Notes: generated by a model from the letters alone, not told the origin. A stretch of DNA of 64,000 nt from Squalus acanthias (GCA_030390025.1 CM059426.1:110112001-110176000); one strand, 5' to 3'. Shown: positions 11,261 through 25,207, numbered from the stretch's first letter. Translations and numbers: made by a program.

Positions 11261-12580
11261 TTTGTGTTGATTTTGATTTCCCTTGCAAGTTTCTTTTCAT
11301 ACTCCCTTTTATAGCTCTTACTATCTGTTTTGTCACCCTTTGCTGTTCTTTGTATCTTTCCCATTCACCAGGACATGTGCTATTTTTTGTATGCTTTTTC
11401 TTTTAGTTTTATGCTGTCTCTTACCTCTTTAGTCATCCATGGCTATTTTTAATGGGCAAGTAGAGCTCTTGCCTCTCAGGGATATAAACTGGCTCTGCAT
11501 CACCTTGAATTCTTTTTTGAACATCTCCTACTGATTTTCTGTCATTTTACCCATTAACAGATTGGCCCAGTTTACTCTGGACAGTCTCTATATCATCCCG
11601 TTGAAGTCAGCCTTACCTAAATTTAGAATCTTAGTAGCTGTTTCGAGTTTCTCACTTTCAAACACTACGTTGAACTCGCTCATGTTATGATCGCTATTAG
11701 ATAAATGTTCACGCACCGTTAGGCTGTTCACTAAATCTGGCTCATTGCTCATTATTAAATGTAATATAGCTTGCCCCCTTGTTGGTTCTAGGACACATTG
11801 TTGTAGAAAACTACCCTGAACACACTCAAGAAATTCACTACCTTTCTGACAGGTGCTAGTTGGCTTATCCCAATCTACATGAAAGTTAAAAATCCCCCAT
11901 TAAAAACCACTCTGCCTTTACTACACACTTGCCTAATCTCTGCATTTATACAATCTAGCACTTCACAGCTGCTACCAGGGGGCCTATACACAACTCCCAC
12001 TACAGTCTTAAATCCTTTCCTATTTCTTAATTCTACCCATAAACTCACCATTGACTGCTTACCTCTTGTTATATCCTCTCTTATCATTGAAGTGATTTCA
12101 CCCTTAATCACTAAAGCTACTCCTCCCCCTCTGCTATTTTCCCTATCTTTCCTGTAGACCTTATAACCTGGTATATTTAGTTCCCAGTCCTGACCGTCTT
12201 GCAGCCATGTCTCAGTAATGGCTACCATGTCATACCCTCCAAGATTAATTTGCACTTGCAGTTCATTCAATTTGTTCCTTATACTCCATGTGTTTGTATA
12301 AAGATCGCTTATTTGGGCCACACATCCTGTCCTTCAGCTCTAATGTTTTACTCACTTGTTTCTTATTTCTCTCTCCTGGTTTAATCACTTTACATCTTTT
12401 TAGTTTTCCCTTTACCTGTAGTGCCTAAAGCACAATTTCTGATTGTTACTCTACTCTCTTCCCTTTTGTTTGTTTTTGAACTATTATTTGTACTACAATT
12501 TCCACCTGACCATTCACCCCCACCCCCACCCCCACCCCCACCCCCATTTACTATTTTAAAGTCCTTGTGACCACTCAATT
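11261..12580 (-). mobile_element. CR1 LINE ORF2 5' part (AP-endonuclease), continuation of 5728-7111
   Basis: ORF 11875-12321: YTNTWSIRNK, VAITETWL, IPGYKVYRKDR, GGGVAL, VVYRPP. Confidence 0.9.
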
Positions 12581-12599
12581 TATCCTTTCCTTTCCTTGT

Positions 12600-13680
12600 C
12601 AGTACTGGCTCTTTGCTAGAGCAATCTAAAAATAATCCTACTACCCAACTTTCTGCCCATAGCCTTGTATCTTCCTTTGCTTCAAATATTTATCCAATTT
12701 TCCCTTAAGGGATGCAATGGTCTCTGCATCAACCATTTCCTGTGGCAAAAAATTCTACACTCCAATAACCATCTGTGCACAATTTTTTCCTAACCTCTCT
12801 CCTCATTCCTAGTAATAATTTAAAATGATAAACCCCTTGTCACTGACGCCCCAACTAGACAAAGTAGTCCCTCTCCATTCACTCCATCAAAACCCTTCAC
12901 AGTTTTAAAAATCTCTATTAAATCTCCTCTTAGTCTTCTCTGTTAATAATCTCAGTATCCCATGTCTGTTCTCATAACTATAGTTTCTCATCCCTGGCAT
13001 TATCCTAGTGAATCTACCCTCTCTGTAGCTTTCGTGTCCTTCTTCAAATGGGGCAACCAAATTGTACACAGTACTCTAACTGTGGCCTAACCAACATTCT
13101 GTACACACTTATTATTACTTCTGTCCTCTTGTACTCTATGCCTCTATTTGTAAAGCCCTAAATGCTATTGGCTTTTAAGGGTTAATCTACCTACACTCAC
13201 ACTTTCAATGGAGTACATATTTGAATGCCTAAGTCTCTCTGTTCATCCACAGCCTTCAGTGTTTTCCCATTGATCATATACCCCCATTTCTTGTTTTTCC
13301 TCCCAAATATATTCCCTCACAATTATCCACATTTAATTGCACAAGTCCCCTGTCATTATCATCCTTAAATCTTTTACAATCCTCCTTGCTCTTTGGCAAA
13401 ACTCCTCATTTTGTGTCATCAGCCAATTTTGAGATTTTGTTCCTTTTATACTCAAGTCCAAATCATATGTACCCAGTACTAACCCCTGGGGTTCACCACT
13501 TCCAAACCTTCTCCAATCCAAGCAACGCCTGTTTACTCTAGCTCTTTGTTTCTTATTCATTAACCAACTTAATTATCTATGCTCTTGCATTTCTTCTTGT
13601 ACCATCCACCTGAATTGTCCTTACAAGTCTTTTGTGAAACATGTTCTCAAATGGTTCCTGAAAATCCAGATACAGATATA
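12600..13680 (-). mobile_element. Older CR1 LINE RT/3' fragment
   Basis: Degenerate GEPQGLVLG and gttaggccacagttagagtactgtgtacaatttggt (VRPQLEYCVQF) on the minus strand. Confidence 0.7.
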
Positions 13681-14854
13681 TGGATATAATGATAAAGCGA
13701 TAAATGGCTAAGAACATTCATTTATGCTGTTTCTCTGGGTGTTCTTATATAAATATAAGTTGTTGTTTTTCTGTCCAACTTCCGCCAATGTTATGACAGG
13801 AGATCGGGAGAGTCCCGTGGAAATGTAGGGCTCTTATGTTCTTCAGCTGGATCTCTATTTATACCAAGAACACAAAATATGTTGAAACTACTTCTCACCA
13901 TATTGTATCAATCTGGAAAATCCATACAGAATATCAGCTGCAAAGTTTCACACACTGCCTCTCCTGTTTTAGGAACTCTTCTTGAGAAAGTGTTATACCC
14001 TGGAGCTCTATGCAATGTAGACAGAACTTCAGAAACACTAGAGTGGACTATCATTCACTGAACTGTGGTTATGGGGAAATCTGTTGCCCACCAATGCCCT
14101 CAGTCTTTTTTGTGTTCCGTGCAGCCATCTGGTCAATTACATGAGACGTCTTTCATTATTGCAATTGTCTCTAGTTGCACCATTGCTGCATCATCAAATC
14201 TAAAAAGGAAGGGCAATTATCCTCTTTAGTAGGATTGGATCAATAAAATATTAATTTACATATTTGTTTTGAAAAGCATACCATATGAAAGTGTTCATAT
14301 ATATTGCAAAACATATCATTGTTGTGATAATGGGGCAGTGATTATTGGATTGTATTCTTTAATTAGTTCCAGCAACTAATTATCGTGTCATTAAACTTTG
14401 TTCTCTCATGTATAGGACAAGACCTAGATTAAAAACTCATTTACTTCATATAATCATTTAGTCAGTGCTGAAAAGGATATTAAATGTTAGTTGCTGTTTG
14501 TGCTACTGCTGCTGGCCCCAATTGATCTATTCAATTACATCTTCATGTTCTCTCCATTCCCTATGAACTGGTGAAGTCAAAGACATGAATGCCTGAAATT
14601 TCACTTATTTAAAAAAAAAACTACAGAAATAAATTGTCATTCTCATCGGCCTCGTGTTGCTGTTCTGCTGTGAAAGGCAGCATGGCTTGTTGTTTCTTTA
14701 ATATCATTTGATGCAGCAACATATTTTTGTAGAGTTTCACCTTCTGTACTTATTCTCAGGACAGTATCTCTCCTCTCCAAGCAAGGCATCACTCCCTCTC
14801 CATCTGATGACAGTTTATTTGTCACTGGGTATCTGACATGTATGAAAGCCTATC

Positions 14855-15000
14855 ATAGGAACAGGATTAGGTCATTCAGCCCCTCAAGTCTCTTTCCCCC
14901 ATTCTTTTAGATCATGGCTGATCTGTACCTCAACTCCATTTACTCGCCTTTGTTCCATATTCCATGTTATGTTTACTCAACCAAAATCTATCGAACTCTG
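14855..15000 (-). mobile_element. CR1 3' tail fragment
   Basis: cataggaacaggattaggtcattcagccc...agatcatggctgatctg matches the tail at 2541-2727. Confidence 0.65.
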
Positions 15001-16169
15001 TCATTCTGTGCACCACCCAGGTGACGCTTAATGCCCAAGCACTAAAGATATAAATCTACCCCTCGGTTCCTACTCCATATCCAGAGCAATGGATCTTCTT
15101 TCAAGATGAGTTTTATCCTCCTCCATTTGCCAGGTCACTGTGCTCCTCACCAGGCGTGTCATCACTTTCACTCAGATCTTTAGCACTTGGTAGAAAAGAA
15201 ACAGTATGCACAGATGTGCCACTGACTAATGTTTATTAATTTTCTCCTTTTGATTACTGTTTTAAATTTATCTGACACTCTTTAATCTTGTACCCCTTTT
15301 CTCATGAAAACAGCAGGGCATCCATAAAGGAAAAGTATGGATAGAATGCTCCAACACCTGACATTACGAGAATTTATGGAAGTCTAGATATTGAAAGCAA
15401 CCTCAGCCAGTCTATCAGGAATAGTAAATTGTGTCAGTTTTATGGAGCTGGCAGTGCCTGTAAGGCATAATATGATGAACCCTCCTATTTTATGTTTCTG
15501 TAATAGTTGTTACTAACATTATGACAACCTAATGACATCCTTTTTACGAATGTAATTTAATGTTTGGGCTGCAAAAATAGCTTCACGCAGGAATAATGCT
15601 ACCTTAACTATTTATCAACATGATTCAGAAATGTGTTTTGAATCTATGGATTTACATTTATTTTTAACAAAGGTAGATTACATTTTTAAATGATGTTTTG
15701 TATTCTAACTAAATTCAATATTCTTTCAATTTATACTGTTGCCTGCAAGGGAAAACATAATACACTTGAACCCAAATGACAAGTCACAAAAAACTAAGAT
15801 GACAAACAATTTATTAACAGATAATTGAATAGCAAAATGTTTACATTTTAGTTAGATAATGTTTGCTACAATTATTTTAATTTCTTAATGGTTTAACTTT
15901 CCCAGCAAAACTAAAAGCACAGTATGGTTCAGCATGTCTAGAAATGGGATAAGTGATGTAAGCCACTCACCTCCTGTTGCTTAACAGTCCCCATGGGTCC
16001 CCGGCTGTGGCCTCCGGCCGCAAGTGTTCCCTCCCTCCCTCCCGCTGGCCAGGATGCCAATTTGTCTGGCTGCTGGGTGGGAGGTGGCCCTAGCCTTGCC
16101 GGGTTTTCCCCACTCTACCACGTTCCCCCGCACCCTCTGTTAAAGAAAAAGCTAAGAGGGAGTTGGGCG

Positions 16170-16510
16170 TAGTTTCTTTGAGGTGATTGACAGAAATATT
16201 CAAAATTATGAAGGGAATTGGCAAAACTGATTCAGGCAAATTGTTCAGTGTGGTAAAGGGTTTAAATACCACGGAACGTGACTTATAAATCTGGAAGAAA
16301 GGAAGGCAGGTAGATTTTTTTTTGATCCAAAATGTAATAGATCTATGGAATAAGTTACCAGGAGGGGCTCATTGAAATGTAGATTCAAGAGCAATTAGTT
16401 ATCTTGTAGGAGCAAAGGTTGAGGGATATTCTGAGAAAATGGATAGATGGAATTAGGCTGTGATAAAGGGATAGGCTGATTTGGGTCTAATTGCCTTTTA
16501 ATGTTCCTAA
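16170..16510 (+). mobile_element. Old CR1 3' fragment
   Basis: gaggtgattgacagaaatattcaaaattatgaaggg...ctatggaataagttacca (LWNKLP), followed by a decayed tail. Confidence 0.55.
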
Positions 16511-17778
16511 AAATCATTGGCCCCAAAAGTGCACAGACAGTACACAGCAGTTATTCTGGGGCATGACCATTAGTGTCCTGCAGCTCTGAGCCTGTCAGAA
16601 GTTGAGGGGTCAGCAGCAATGCACTTCGTTGGCATGGGTCCAGCAATCATATTTCTGGTGCCTGATGTCCACATATGGCCTGAGATTTCGGTGACTATAC
16701 ATTCTGCCCTCCCCATCCAGCTCTCCCTCTACCTGCCATGATTCAAATAAAATTAACTACCTCTTCTTCAAGGCCACTTCCCTTACCTTGATCCTCCCAG
16801 TTGGGTCCACTTCTGCCCATCTAATGGCTGGTCTGTCTCATCTGACTTGATGTTACTGCTCTCTAGTTGTATGCTAGATCTCCACTGAGCCACGAAACAG
16901 GAAATACTAATGTAGCAAGTCTCTGCTTCCAGCTCCACCCCTTTGGCATCATTGACCTTGTAAGGGGCAGGCAGAGGTTCAGCCACGTTCAAGTAAACTT
17001 GCAAAGTAAGCAGAAACGCGGTGTAACGAAGTCCTTGCCCTTTCCCAGTGAGTTCTGCTGGACTTCCATCGGAGTTACGAGGAAATTCATGACCGTTAGG
17101 TTCTTTAATTTTGTAAAAATCTTTGACAATGGACATTATCATGAGCTGAACAATAAGCACATTGTATAAATATGTTTTTCACCTAGGGGACACTATTATT
17201 TCACTCATCGGGAATTTGATTGCTTCTTTCAGTATTTAGCATTAAAACTACCAGTAGCATTGGTGACCTTTTCAGAAATATCCTCACAACCCTTGTTCTG
17301 TATTCTGCACTCTAATTATTAGACTGAGGAACACACCTACAATATTTAAATCGAGTTGTTCCTTACTGTGAGGTAACCACAAATGTCAGAATAGGGCTGA
17401 TAAATGTTAATGAGCAGTATATAATAGCAGTATGTACAAATACCAAACAGTGTGAAATGTAGATCCAATTACTAAAATAAAGATAGGACAACATGAACAA
17501 AAAAACCAAATAAAATAAATATTGCGCTGGTAATAATGCATTGTTGCTTTTCATTAATCTATCCTACAGATAGACACGATGACCCGGATTTTGCTGTAAT
17601 AATAACAGCGAGGTTGTCCGCACTTGCCGTTATTACTGGGTAAATCTGACAGAAACTTCTGGCGTCCGCACATGTGCAGTTAAAGGCTGAAATCCAGAGG
17701 TTGCTGTCAGTGATACCTTGCTCCTCCACTGGGTGCGCTGTTTCAGTCCTCGCCGATAGACTCGGCTTTCAAATCACT

Positions 17779-18572
17779 GGCCGGAATTTTCCCATCAAAA
17801 AACGGGTGGGTTTGGAGCGTGGGGGGCAGTTAAATTGTTAAAAATGTGAATCCCGACCTGATCCCGCCTCCAACCCGCCCACTTCCGGTTATGCTAAAGG
17901 AGCACGGTGGGGGGAGCGGGCGACCAACCCACTCCCAGGGGGCGTTGCCTCAATTTAAATATTGTAATGAGGCTGGAAGCCCTCTATTCTCCCCTCTACT
18001 TTTGTTTTTAACTGCCTGTGGATGGGTTTCACACAATTAGTGAAACCCGGAAGTTAAACCGAGGCAGCGACTGCTGCATCCAGGAGGTAAGTGGCTTTAT
18101 ATCTACCTCCTGGATCCAGGGTCCCCACCTAACCCAGCCTCCGCGATCGGAGACCCCCTCACGAGGCCTCCGATTGCCGCCCCAGACCTCCTCCCCCCCG
18201 ATGTGGATGATGAGGCTGGCCACGATCCCCCCCCCCCCCGTCGTCCCGCCATGCGATCCCCAATTCCACCCCCCCACCCCCCCGCGATCCCTGCTTGCCT
18301 GCCAATCCCCGACCACCCCCCATTGCCTGGCAATTCCTGATCCCCTGCTGAGCCTGCAACCCGCCGCCGATCCTCTCTCCCCCCGCCAATTGCCCCCCCC
18401 TCCCCCCCCCCCCCAACCTATTGCAACTGAGGCCTACCCGCCCGCAGCCAGCCAGCCTCTCAAGCTGGCTGGCTGCGGGTGGGAAACCGAGGCCTCACAT
18501 TCAAATTAGGCCCTGCCGGTAAAGTCGGCAGGGACTGTGGAAAACCCGGCCTCCTCGAAGAAAATTCCGGCC
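17779..18572. mobile_element. Harbinger MITE with perfect 13-bp TIR
   Basis: GGCCGGAATTTTC ... GAAAATTCCGGCC, identical to the left TIR of the Harbinger at 7112; TSD not clean. Confidence 0.8.
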
Positions 18573-18861
18573 CCTGTAATGGCATCAACTTGTGGTACTT
18601 ACCCACTATTTCTGCTCTAAAAATGGCTGAAACAGTTAGGGCTGGTGCATTCAGGAGTAAGTCAGTTTTTAATGGCATAATAAGAGATAATTACGTTTCT
18701 GGCCCTGAAAAATTAATTTTACAAGTGTGGAGTCTCATTCCCTCAGAAGACTGTTTGTCTCTTTTATCTCTCTCCCATGATCCCATCTGTATTTCCCAAT
18801 TTTTATTTTGCTTTCTCTACATGGTTTAAGTCTAATTTATACTTCCTGGTTTGGACTCTCT

Positions 18862-19560
18862 GAGTTGGATTTTAAGCAGGAGGGTGGGTTGGGGACAGCA
18901 GTGCTCCAAGGAGGTTGGCAAACCTGGAAGGCTGGGTTTCCCGCAATCCCTGACGACTCTAATGGCAGGGCCTGATTTGCATGCGAGGCCTCGGTTTCCC
19001 ATCCACAGCTAGCCAGATTGAGAGGCTGACTGACTGCAGTTGGGTAGGCCTGCGGCACTAGGCTGCACAGAGGAAGGAGGGCGGAAGGGTTTGTGTGGGG
19101 GCTGGGCCGTTGAAAGGATTGGGGTGGGGGAAGAGAGGTTCGGGGCCGGATGATTGGGGTGGGTGAAGGGAAGATCGTGGCCAGCCACTGAAGGATCGGG
19201 GCTGGCCACTGGAGGATTGGTGGGTGGGAGAGAAGATCGTGGCCGGTCTCAGCATCATCAGTGGGGGGGAGTGGCCTGGCGGGGTGATCGGAGGCCTCGT
19301 GAGCCAGTGTCCGATCGTGGGGGGTGGGTTAAGTAGGAACCCTGGATTCAGGAGGTAGGTATAAAGGCACTTACTTCCTAGATCCAGCCGTCACCGTCTT
19401 GCTGTGACTTCCGGGTTTTACGAATTCTGTAAAACCTGTTCACACGCAGTTAAAAACAAAATGGTGGTTAAAAAAGAGGCTTCTAGCCTCAATATAATAT
19501 TTAAATTGACGTCCTGCCTCCGTTAAAACCCACCAGTTTTTTTAGGTTAAAATTCCCCCC
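18862..19560. mobile_element. Harbinger MITE related to 17779-18572, opposite orientation
   Basis: TIRs gagttggattttaa / ttaaaattcccccc; TSD TCT (18859-18861, 19561-19563); internal blocks are reverse complements of those in 17779-18572. Confidence 0.72.
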
Positions 19561-20304
19561 TCTGTGTCTCAATGAGGATTCTTCAATCGGATTGGTTGAA
19601 GAGTCTTGCTATTTCTTGCCCTTCTTACAGATGCCACACATCCCCTGTAGAGGGCGCTGCACTGGATCGGACTGACTGCAAGTCTCTGCTCAAAAGCCGG
19701 TCAAATCTTTGTGGGCAACGGTCAGCGAGGCGAATGGCAAGCGCCGTTCCTTCGCCATTGACCGCAAAATCTGGGCCGATATCACAGTTTGAAAAAATAT
19801 TTTCAGCAAGGCCTAGATTTTCCACTAAGCCTTTGTGGCAGGTAGTGATACAGGGTGGGAGTTCCACCTACCAACGATGGACCTGACCCAGGCTGATTTT
19901 CCTGAATCCAGGTTGTTTGACTAATTTTGTCCTTAGAGGCTGTTGCAATTTTTTTTAAAGTGCCTTTGCCCGTGTACTGAATTGCTCTGTGATCAATTGC
20001 ACAGATTTCACTTCCTTTACAATTTTAAATAGCCCTTCCACCGCCCATAGCAATGCTGGACATCAGGGCTAAAAAAGTGTCCCTTGCCTCCAGCATTGCT
20101 AGGGCGCAAATGACAGGAAATACATCATATGCCTACTCATATTTGGGTGGACATACTATATCACTGATATCACTTCTGGCAAGGTTGAGCAAGGACCAAG
20201 TGCAAAGTTTCAGCTCCCCAGTGTTACTACAGAGGTAAAATTAGGCTCAAATCTGTAATTCGGATGTGGTCAGCTTTATTGCAGAACTGCAATTGCCAAA
20301 GTAC

Positions 20305-23075
20305 ATAAGAACATAAGAACATAAGAAATAGGAGCTGGAGTAGGCCATTTGGCCCCTCGAGCCTGCTCCACCATTCAACAAGATCATGGCTGATCTTCTA
20401 CCTCAACTCCACCTTCCCGCACTATCCCCAAATTCCTTCATTCCCTTTGATCCCAAAAATGTATCGACCTCTGTCTTGAATATACCCAACGACTGAGCAT
20501 CCACAGCTCTCTGGGGTAGGGAATTCCAAAGATTCACAACCCTTTGAGTGAAGAAATTTCTCCTCATCTCAGTCCTAAATGGCCTATCCCTTATTCTGTG
20601 ACTGTAACCCCGTGTTCTAGATTCCCCAGCCAGGGGAAACATTTTCCCAGCATTAACCTGGTCAAGCCCCTTAAGAATTTTATATGTTTCAATTAGATTA
20701 CCTCTCATTCTTCTTAACTCTAAGGAATATAGGTCTCGTCTTCTCAATCTCTCCTCATAGGGCAGTCCCTTCATCCCAGGAACCAGTCTAGTGAACCTTT
20801 GTTGCACTCCCTCTAAGGCAAGTATGTCTTTCCTTAGGTAAGGAGACCAGAACTGTACACAGTTACACAGTACTCCAGGTGTGGCCTCACCAATGCCCTG
20901 TATAATTGTAGTAAGACTTCTTTACTCTTAACTCTAATCCCTTTGTAATAAAAGCTAACATACCATTTGCTTTCCTAATTGCTTGCTGTACCTTCATGTT
21001 AACTTTCTGTGATTCATGTACAAGGACATCCAGATCCCTCTGAGTGCAAATATTTCCCAGTCTCTCACCATTCAAAAAATATTCTGCTTTTTTTGTTTTT
21101 CCTACCGAAGTGGATAACTTCACACTTCCCCACATTGTATTCCATTTGCCATGTTCTTGCCCACTCAGTCAACCTGTCTATATCTCTCTGCAGCCTCTTT
21201 GCGTCCTTCTCACAGCTTACTTTCCCACCTAACTTTGTATCATCAGCAAACTTGGATACATTACACTCAGTCCCTTCATCTAAGTCATTAATATAGATTG
21301 TAAATAGCTGAGGCCCAAGCACTGATCCTTGCGGTTACAGCCTGCCAACCTGAAAAAGTCCTGTTTATTTCTACTCTCTGTTTTCTGTCCATTAAACAAT
21401 CTTCAATCCATGCTAATTTATTACCCTCAATAGCATGAGTCCTAATTTTGTGTAATAACCTCTTGTGTGGCACCTTATCGAATACTTTTTGAAAATCCAA
21501 ATATACTACATCCACTGATTCTCCCTTATCCATCCTACTGTTGCATCTTCAAAAAATTCTAACAGATTTGTCAAACACGATTTCCCTTTCATAAAAACAT
21601 GTTGACTCTACCTAATCATATTATGATTTTCTAAGTGCCCTGTTACCACGTCCCTAATAATAGATTTTGCCTACTACTGATGTCAGGCTAACTGGCCTAT
21701 AGTTCCCTGTTTTTTCTCTTCCTCCTTTCTTAAATAGTGGGGTTATGTTTGTTACCTTCCAATCCTGGGGGACTGTTCTAGAATCTAGGGAATTCTGGAA
21801 GATTAATACCATTGCATCCACTATCTCTGCAGCTACCTCTTTTAAAACCCTAGGATGCAGGTCGTTAGGTCCAGGGGATTTGTTCCACTTAGTCCCATTA
21901 AATTCTTCAGTACTTTGGGCTGGATTTTGTCAATGGGGACGTGATGGAGGCGGGACTCCCACTTTTTGGGTTGTAGTCCCGCCTCCATCGATTTGTGGCC
22001 AACCCACTGTATTTTCCCTTGATTGACCTTGTTAAGCCCGCCCAGCAGGCTTAGCAGGCTAATCAAGGGTCCCTTGGATACAGGTGACGTCAGCCATTGA
22101 AATTTTATCTGTCAAGAGCTGTTGACAGATGAAATTTCAGCGTTTGACAGCTCTGTGAAGCTGTCAAACACTGACAATATGATTTCTAACGTGAGTCCCT
22201 GTACTTAGACTCAGTTAGAAATCAATCCAGCACAGAAAGCAGAGACTACAGCTTTTGACAGCTCCGTGGCCATTCTGCTTTCTGTGCCGGTGAGCTGAGG
22301 GACTCCCGAGAACTGAAGGAAGGAAGCCTGCAGGACAAAGTTAAGGTAAGTACAAGTTCTTAAAACACTTTACACACACCAAACACACTTACCTCTGCAC
22401 TCATGCACCCATCACTCACCGGCACACCGGACATCTCGACCCCTCCAAGCCCTCCAGACCGACGGTCCGCCTCGCTAAATCGGCGCAGTTCGGACCTGTC
22501 GGGAAGCCCACACTTCAGGGCTAAAAATAGGAATTAGGCAAAAAACTGCCTGTTAACTACCTGTTTATTGGCACTAATCCCCTTCCCGCCTCGGGGAGGT
22601 GGGTCCCAGCACAGGTCGGGTACCCGCCTCCTGTGAAACTGGCATGGAGGCGGGTTGGGGGCGGGATGGGTTCGGGACCCCTGAATCTGCTATTTTCCCA
22701 CCCCACACACCTCCAAACCCGCCTCCACGGGCCAGTGAAAATTGAGCCCTATGTCTTTACTTTTACTGAGTTCTTTAAGTTCCTCATTCTCTCTAGACTC
22801 TTGGTTCCCCATTATTTCTGGAATGTTTTTTATGTCCTCTACTGTGAAGACAGATACAAAGTATTTGTTTAATGTCTCTGCCATTTCCTTATTGCCCATT
22901 ATAATTTCTCCTGTCTCTGCCTCTAATGGGCCCACGTTTACTTTCACTAATCTCTTCCTATTTACATACCTATAGAAACGTTTACAATCTGTTTTTATGT
23001 CTCTTGCTAATTTACTCTCTTTTTTTTCTCTTTCCTTATCAATTTCTTGGTCCTCCTTTGCTGAATTCTAAAATC
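20305..23075 (-). mobile_element. CR1 LINE, 5'-truncated, interrupted by a MITE
   Basis: (cataagaa)n tail at 20305; YLDFQKVFDKVPH, KFADDTKLGG, RRNFFTQRVVNLWNSLP. Confidence 0.92.
21917..22749. mobile_element. Harbinger-type MITE inserted in CR1
   Basis: TIRs gggctggatttt / aaaattgagccc; flanks TTT/TAT (imperfect 3-bp TSD); CR1 sequence continues on both sides. Confidence 0.75.
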
Positions 23076-23499
23076 CCCCCAATACTTTTCAAAACTTCAA
23101 GGATGTTTCTAAAGTTTTATACTATTGATGGTTATAAGATTCTATGTATTATTCATACCTTGCCTTGTGTTACTTCATAGATTACTTGGGAAAATCTTTA
23201 CATTCTCAGAAAAAATTGCACCAGCCTTGCATTACTTGGATTAATTACAGTGTTGCATGGGAGAGCAATTACATAACTCACTAAATAAGTTGTATGAAAC
23301 CTGTGACAGAGCTAAGTTAACTGCTTTTCTTAATGTTATCCTGAAATTGTCTTAACCATTTCACTTTAATATGCAATTACACTGGACGTACCACAAGTGA
23401 TATTTTCATAGGAGTACAATGAGTACTCTTGCTGATCTCTTCGTCCTAACCACGTAAAAAAAATGACAGTATGCTTTAATAGGAAAACAAATAAAATAT

Positions 23500-24260
23500 G
23501 GGCCTGTAATTTGTGGTCAGCGGCGAAGCAAAGGCGTTTGTCGCTGGCCCCGAAGTAAGCTTCCCACAAAGATCTCAAGATCTCTGTGGCGAGAAGTTCG
23601 GCTTTTCTGACGTTTAGTTGAGATCAGTGTAAGTTAATGGGGAATCCCTAACGTGAGCTGCTGTGACATCAGCAAGCTGTCTAAGCAGCCAATCAGAATG
23701 CAGAATTCTCACAGACCAGGAACCAGGAAGTGAATCAGCTGCATTTATTCTAACTTTAAAAAAAATGTTATAGAGAGCAAAACAAAGATCAGGGCTCTCA
23801 CATGGGGAAAAGGTAAACCTGAAATAAAGATGAACAATTTTTTTAAATTAAAGTTTCTTAAAAAATTTATTTTTTATGAAAATGATTAAATTTGACACTC
23901 TACAAAATTAAAATTAGTTTTTCTGGGCCCTAACATTTATTTAGCAGCCAATATGCTGTTAAAACCCCAGTTACACCGAATCCAAAAGGCGCTAACTTTT
24001 AATGGGGTATTTAACAGTGATATTACCATGGAAAAGCTGAAGTTTTCATCAGTTTCACTGATTTCCCTGATTAAACTGATTTTCGGCTTGGGGGGGGGGG
24101 GAGCGGGGCGAGTGGGGGCGCGGAGGAGATGGGTGTCCACGTGCAGCCAGTGTCGGAGTAGTGAATGACTGAGTGCAACTTCAGAAATTCTGCGTTGGTA
24201 TGCGCGTGCGCTAAATCCTGAAGTTGCGGTCAGTTTCAAAGGGGTAATAACAGCAAATGC
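23500..24260. mobile_element. Harbinger-type MITE, same family as 17581-19777, reversed, one end truncated
   Basis: Begins gggcctgtaatttg; the block gaagttgcggtcagtttc...gtaataacagcaa mirrors 17625-17660. Confidence 0.6.
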
Positions 24261-25207
24261 GTTAATGAGTTAGAGATGTTTGCTGTGTTGCCAGAGGCGT
24301 AGCTGCATGTAGTTGAGGCAGTAAAATTCGGTTACAGTTTATGTGATCAATTTTTCGAGGAGCTCGAAAACAATGGAACAATAGCTAGTGGTAAAATAAT
24401 TAAGGATTGTCGTTAGATTCCCAGACCAGTTGAAAGAGACAATTCTTCTAACATCACTGACGGATATGTGCTGTGTGGTTTGTTATTCGATCCCAACTAT
24501 CACAACAAAAACCATCAAGACTATCTGCAGTTCCAAAAAAGAAAAGCACAAGTCCGTATCATCTGCGTACTTGTGGTTTAGTCGAGACTCCTGCCTATTC
24601 ATGCACTTGGGCTTCAGATTTAGAAAGTCTGAATCTTTGACCATACAAAACCAAATTTTGAATTTATCTAAATGCTCACCCTGACCATGAACACAATTTC
24701 GGACCATTTCCAACAAAGTGACATTTTGAAACAGTACCTCTGCCATTCCAGGTGTTCCAATCATATCTGCTTTTAGATCTTCATTTGGATCAATGGGATA
24801 TTTTATTTTTTTGATAACCGCTCAGTTGCTGAATGCAATGTAACACTGGGGCACTTTCACACATTATCAATGGTGCTGACTGCTGGCCAAAAGTATGAGT
24901 TTACGCACTATATAACGAAAAGTAAAACTGTTTTAGCCAAGCAAGAACTAAAGGCTTAGGTTTCAAATAGGTTAAAAGAAGGTGCAACATTAACTGTAGC
25001 AACAGAATATTGAATTCCCAGACAGGGGATTTAGTTTCAATCACAACAATGACTGATGTTTTGTCTTGGCTATCCTCAATATGTGACTTTCTTGACCCAG
25101 AAACTAGGCAACATGTTTTTCAATGTTGAAGTACTTGCTCTAAGGTTGATAATGGAATGGTATTGATGAACTTCTTTGAGAACGCTACCTTTCTGGGTAT
25201 ACTGTAT

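Larger units (their letters stand above)
17581..19777. mobile_element. Non-autonomous Harbinger-type element hosting two nested MITEs
   Basis: TIRs gacccggattttgc / gcaaaatctgggcc; 3-bp TSD GAT (17578-17580, 19778-19780). Confidence 0.75.

Noticed and set aside
13880-14200. Strong minus-strand acceptor (cccttcctttttag) suggesting an exon
   Set aside because: All three frames hit stops within ~70 nt; no supporting homology.
16520-17100. Possible third Harbinger Myb-gene remnant (minus-strand donor AAG|GTAAGG at ~16786)
   Set aside because: Too degenerate to support by eye.
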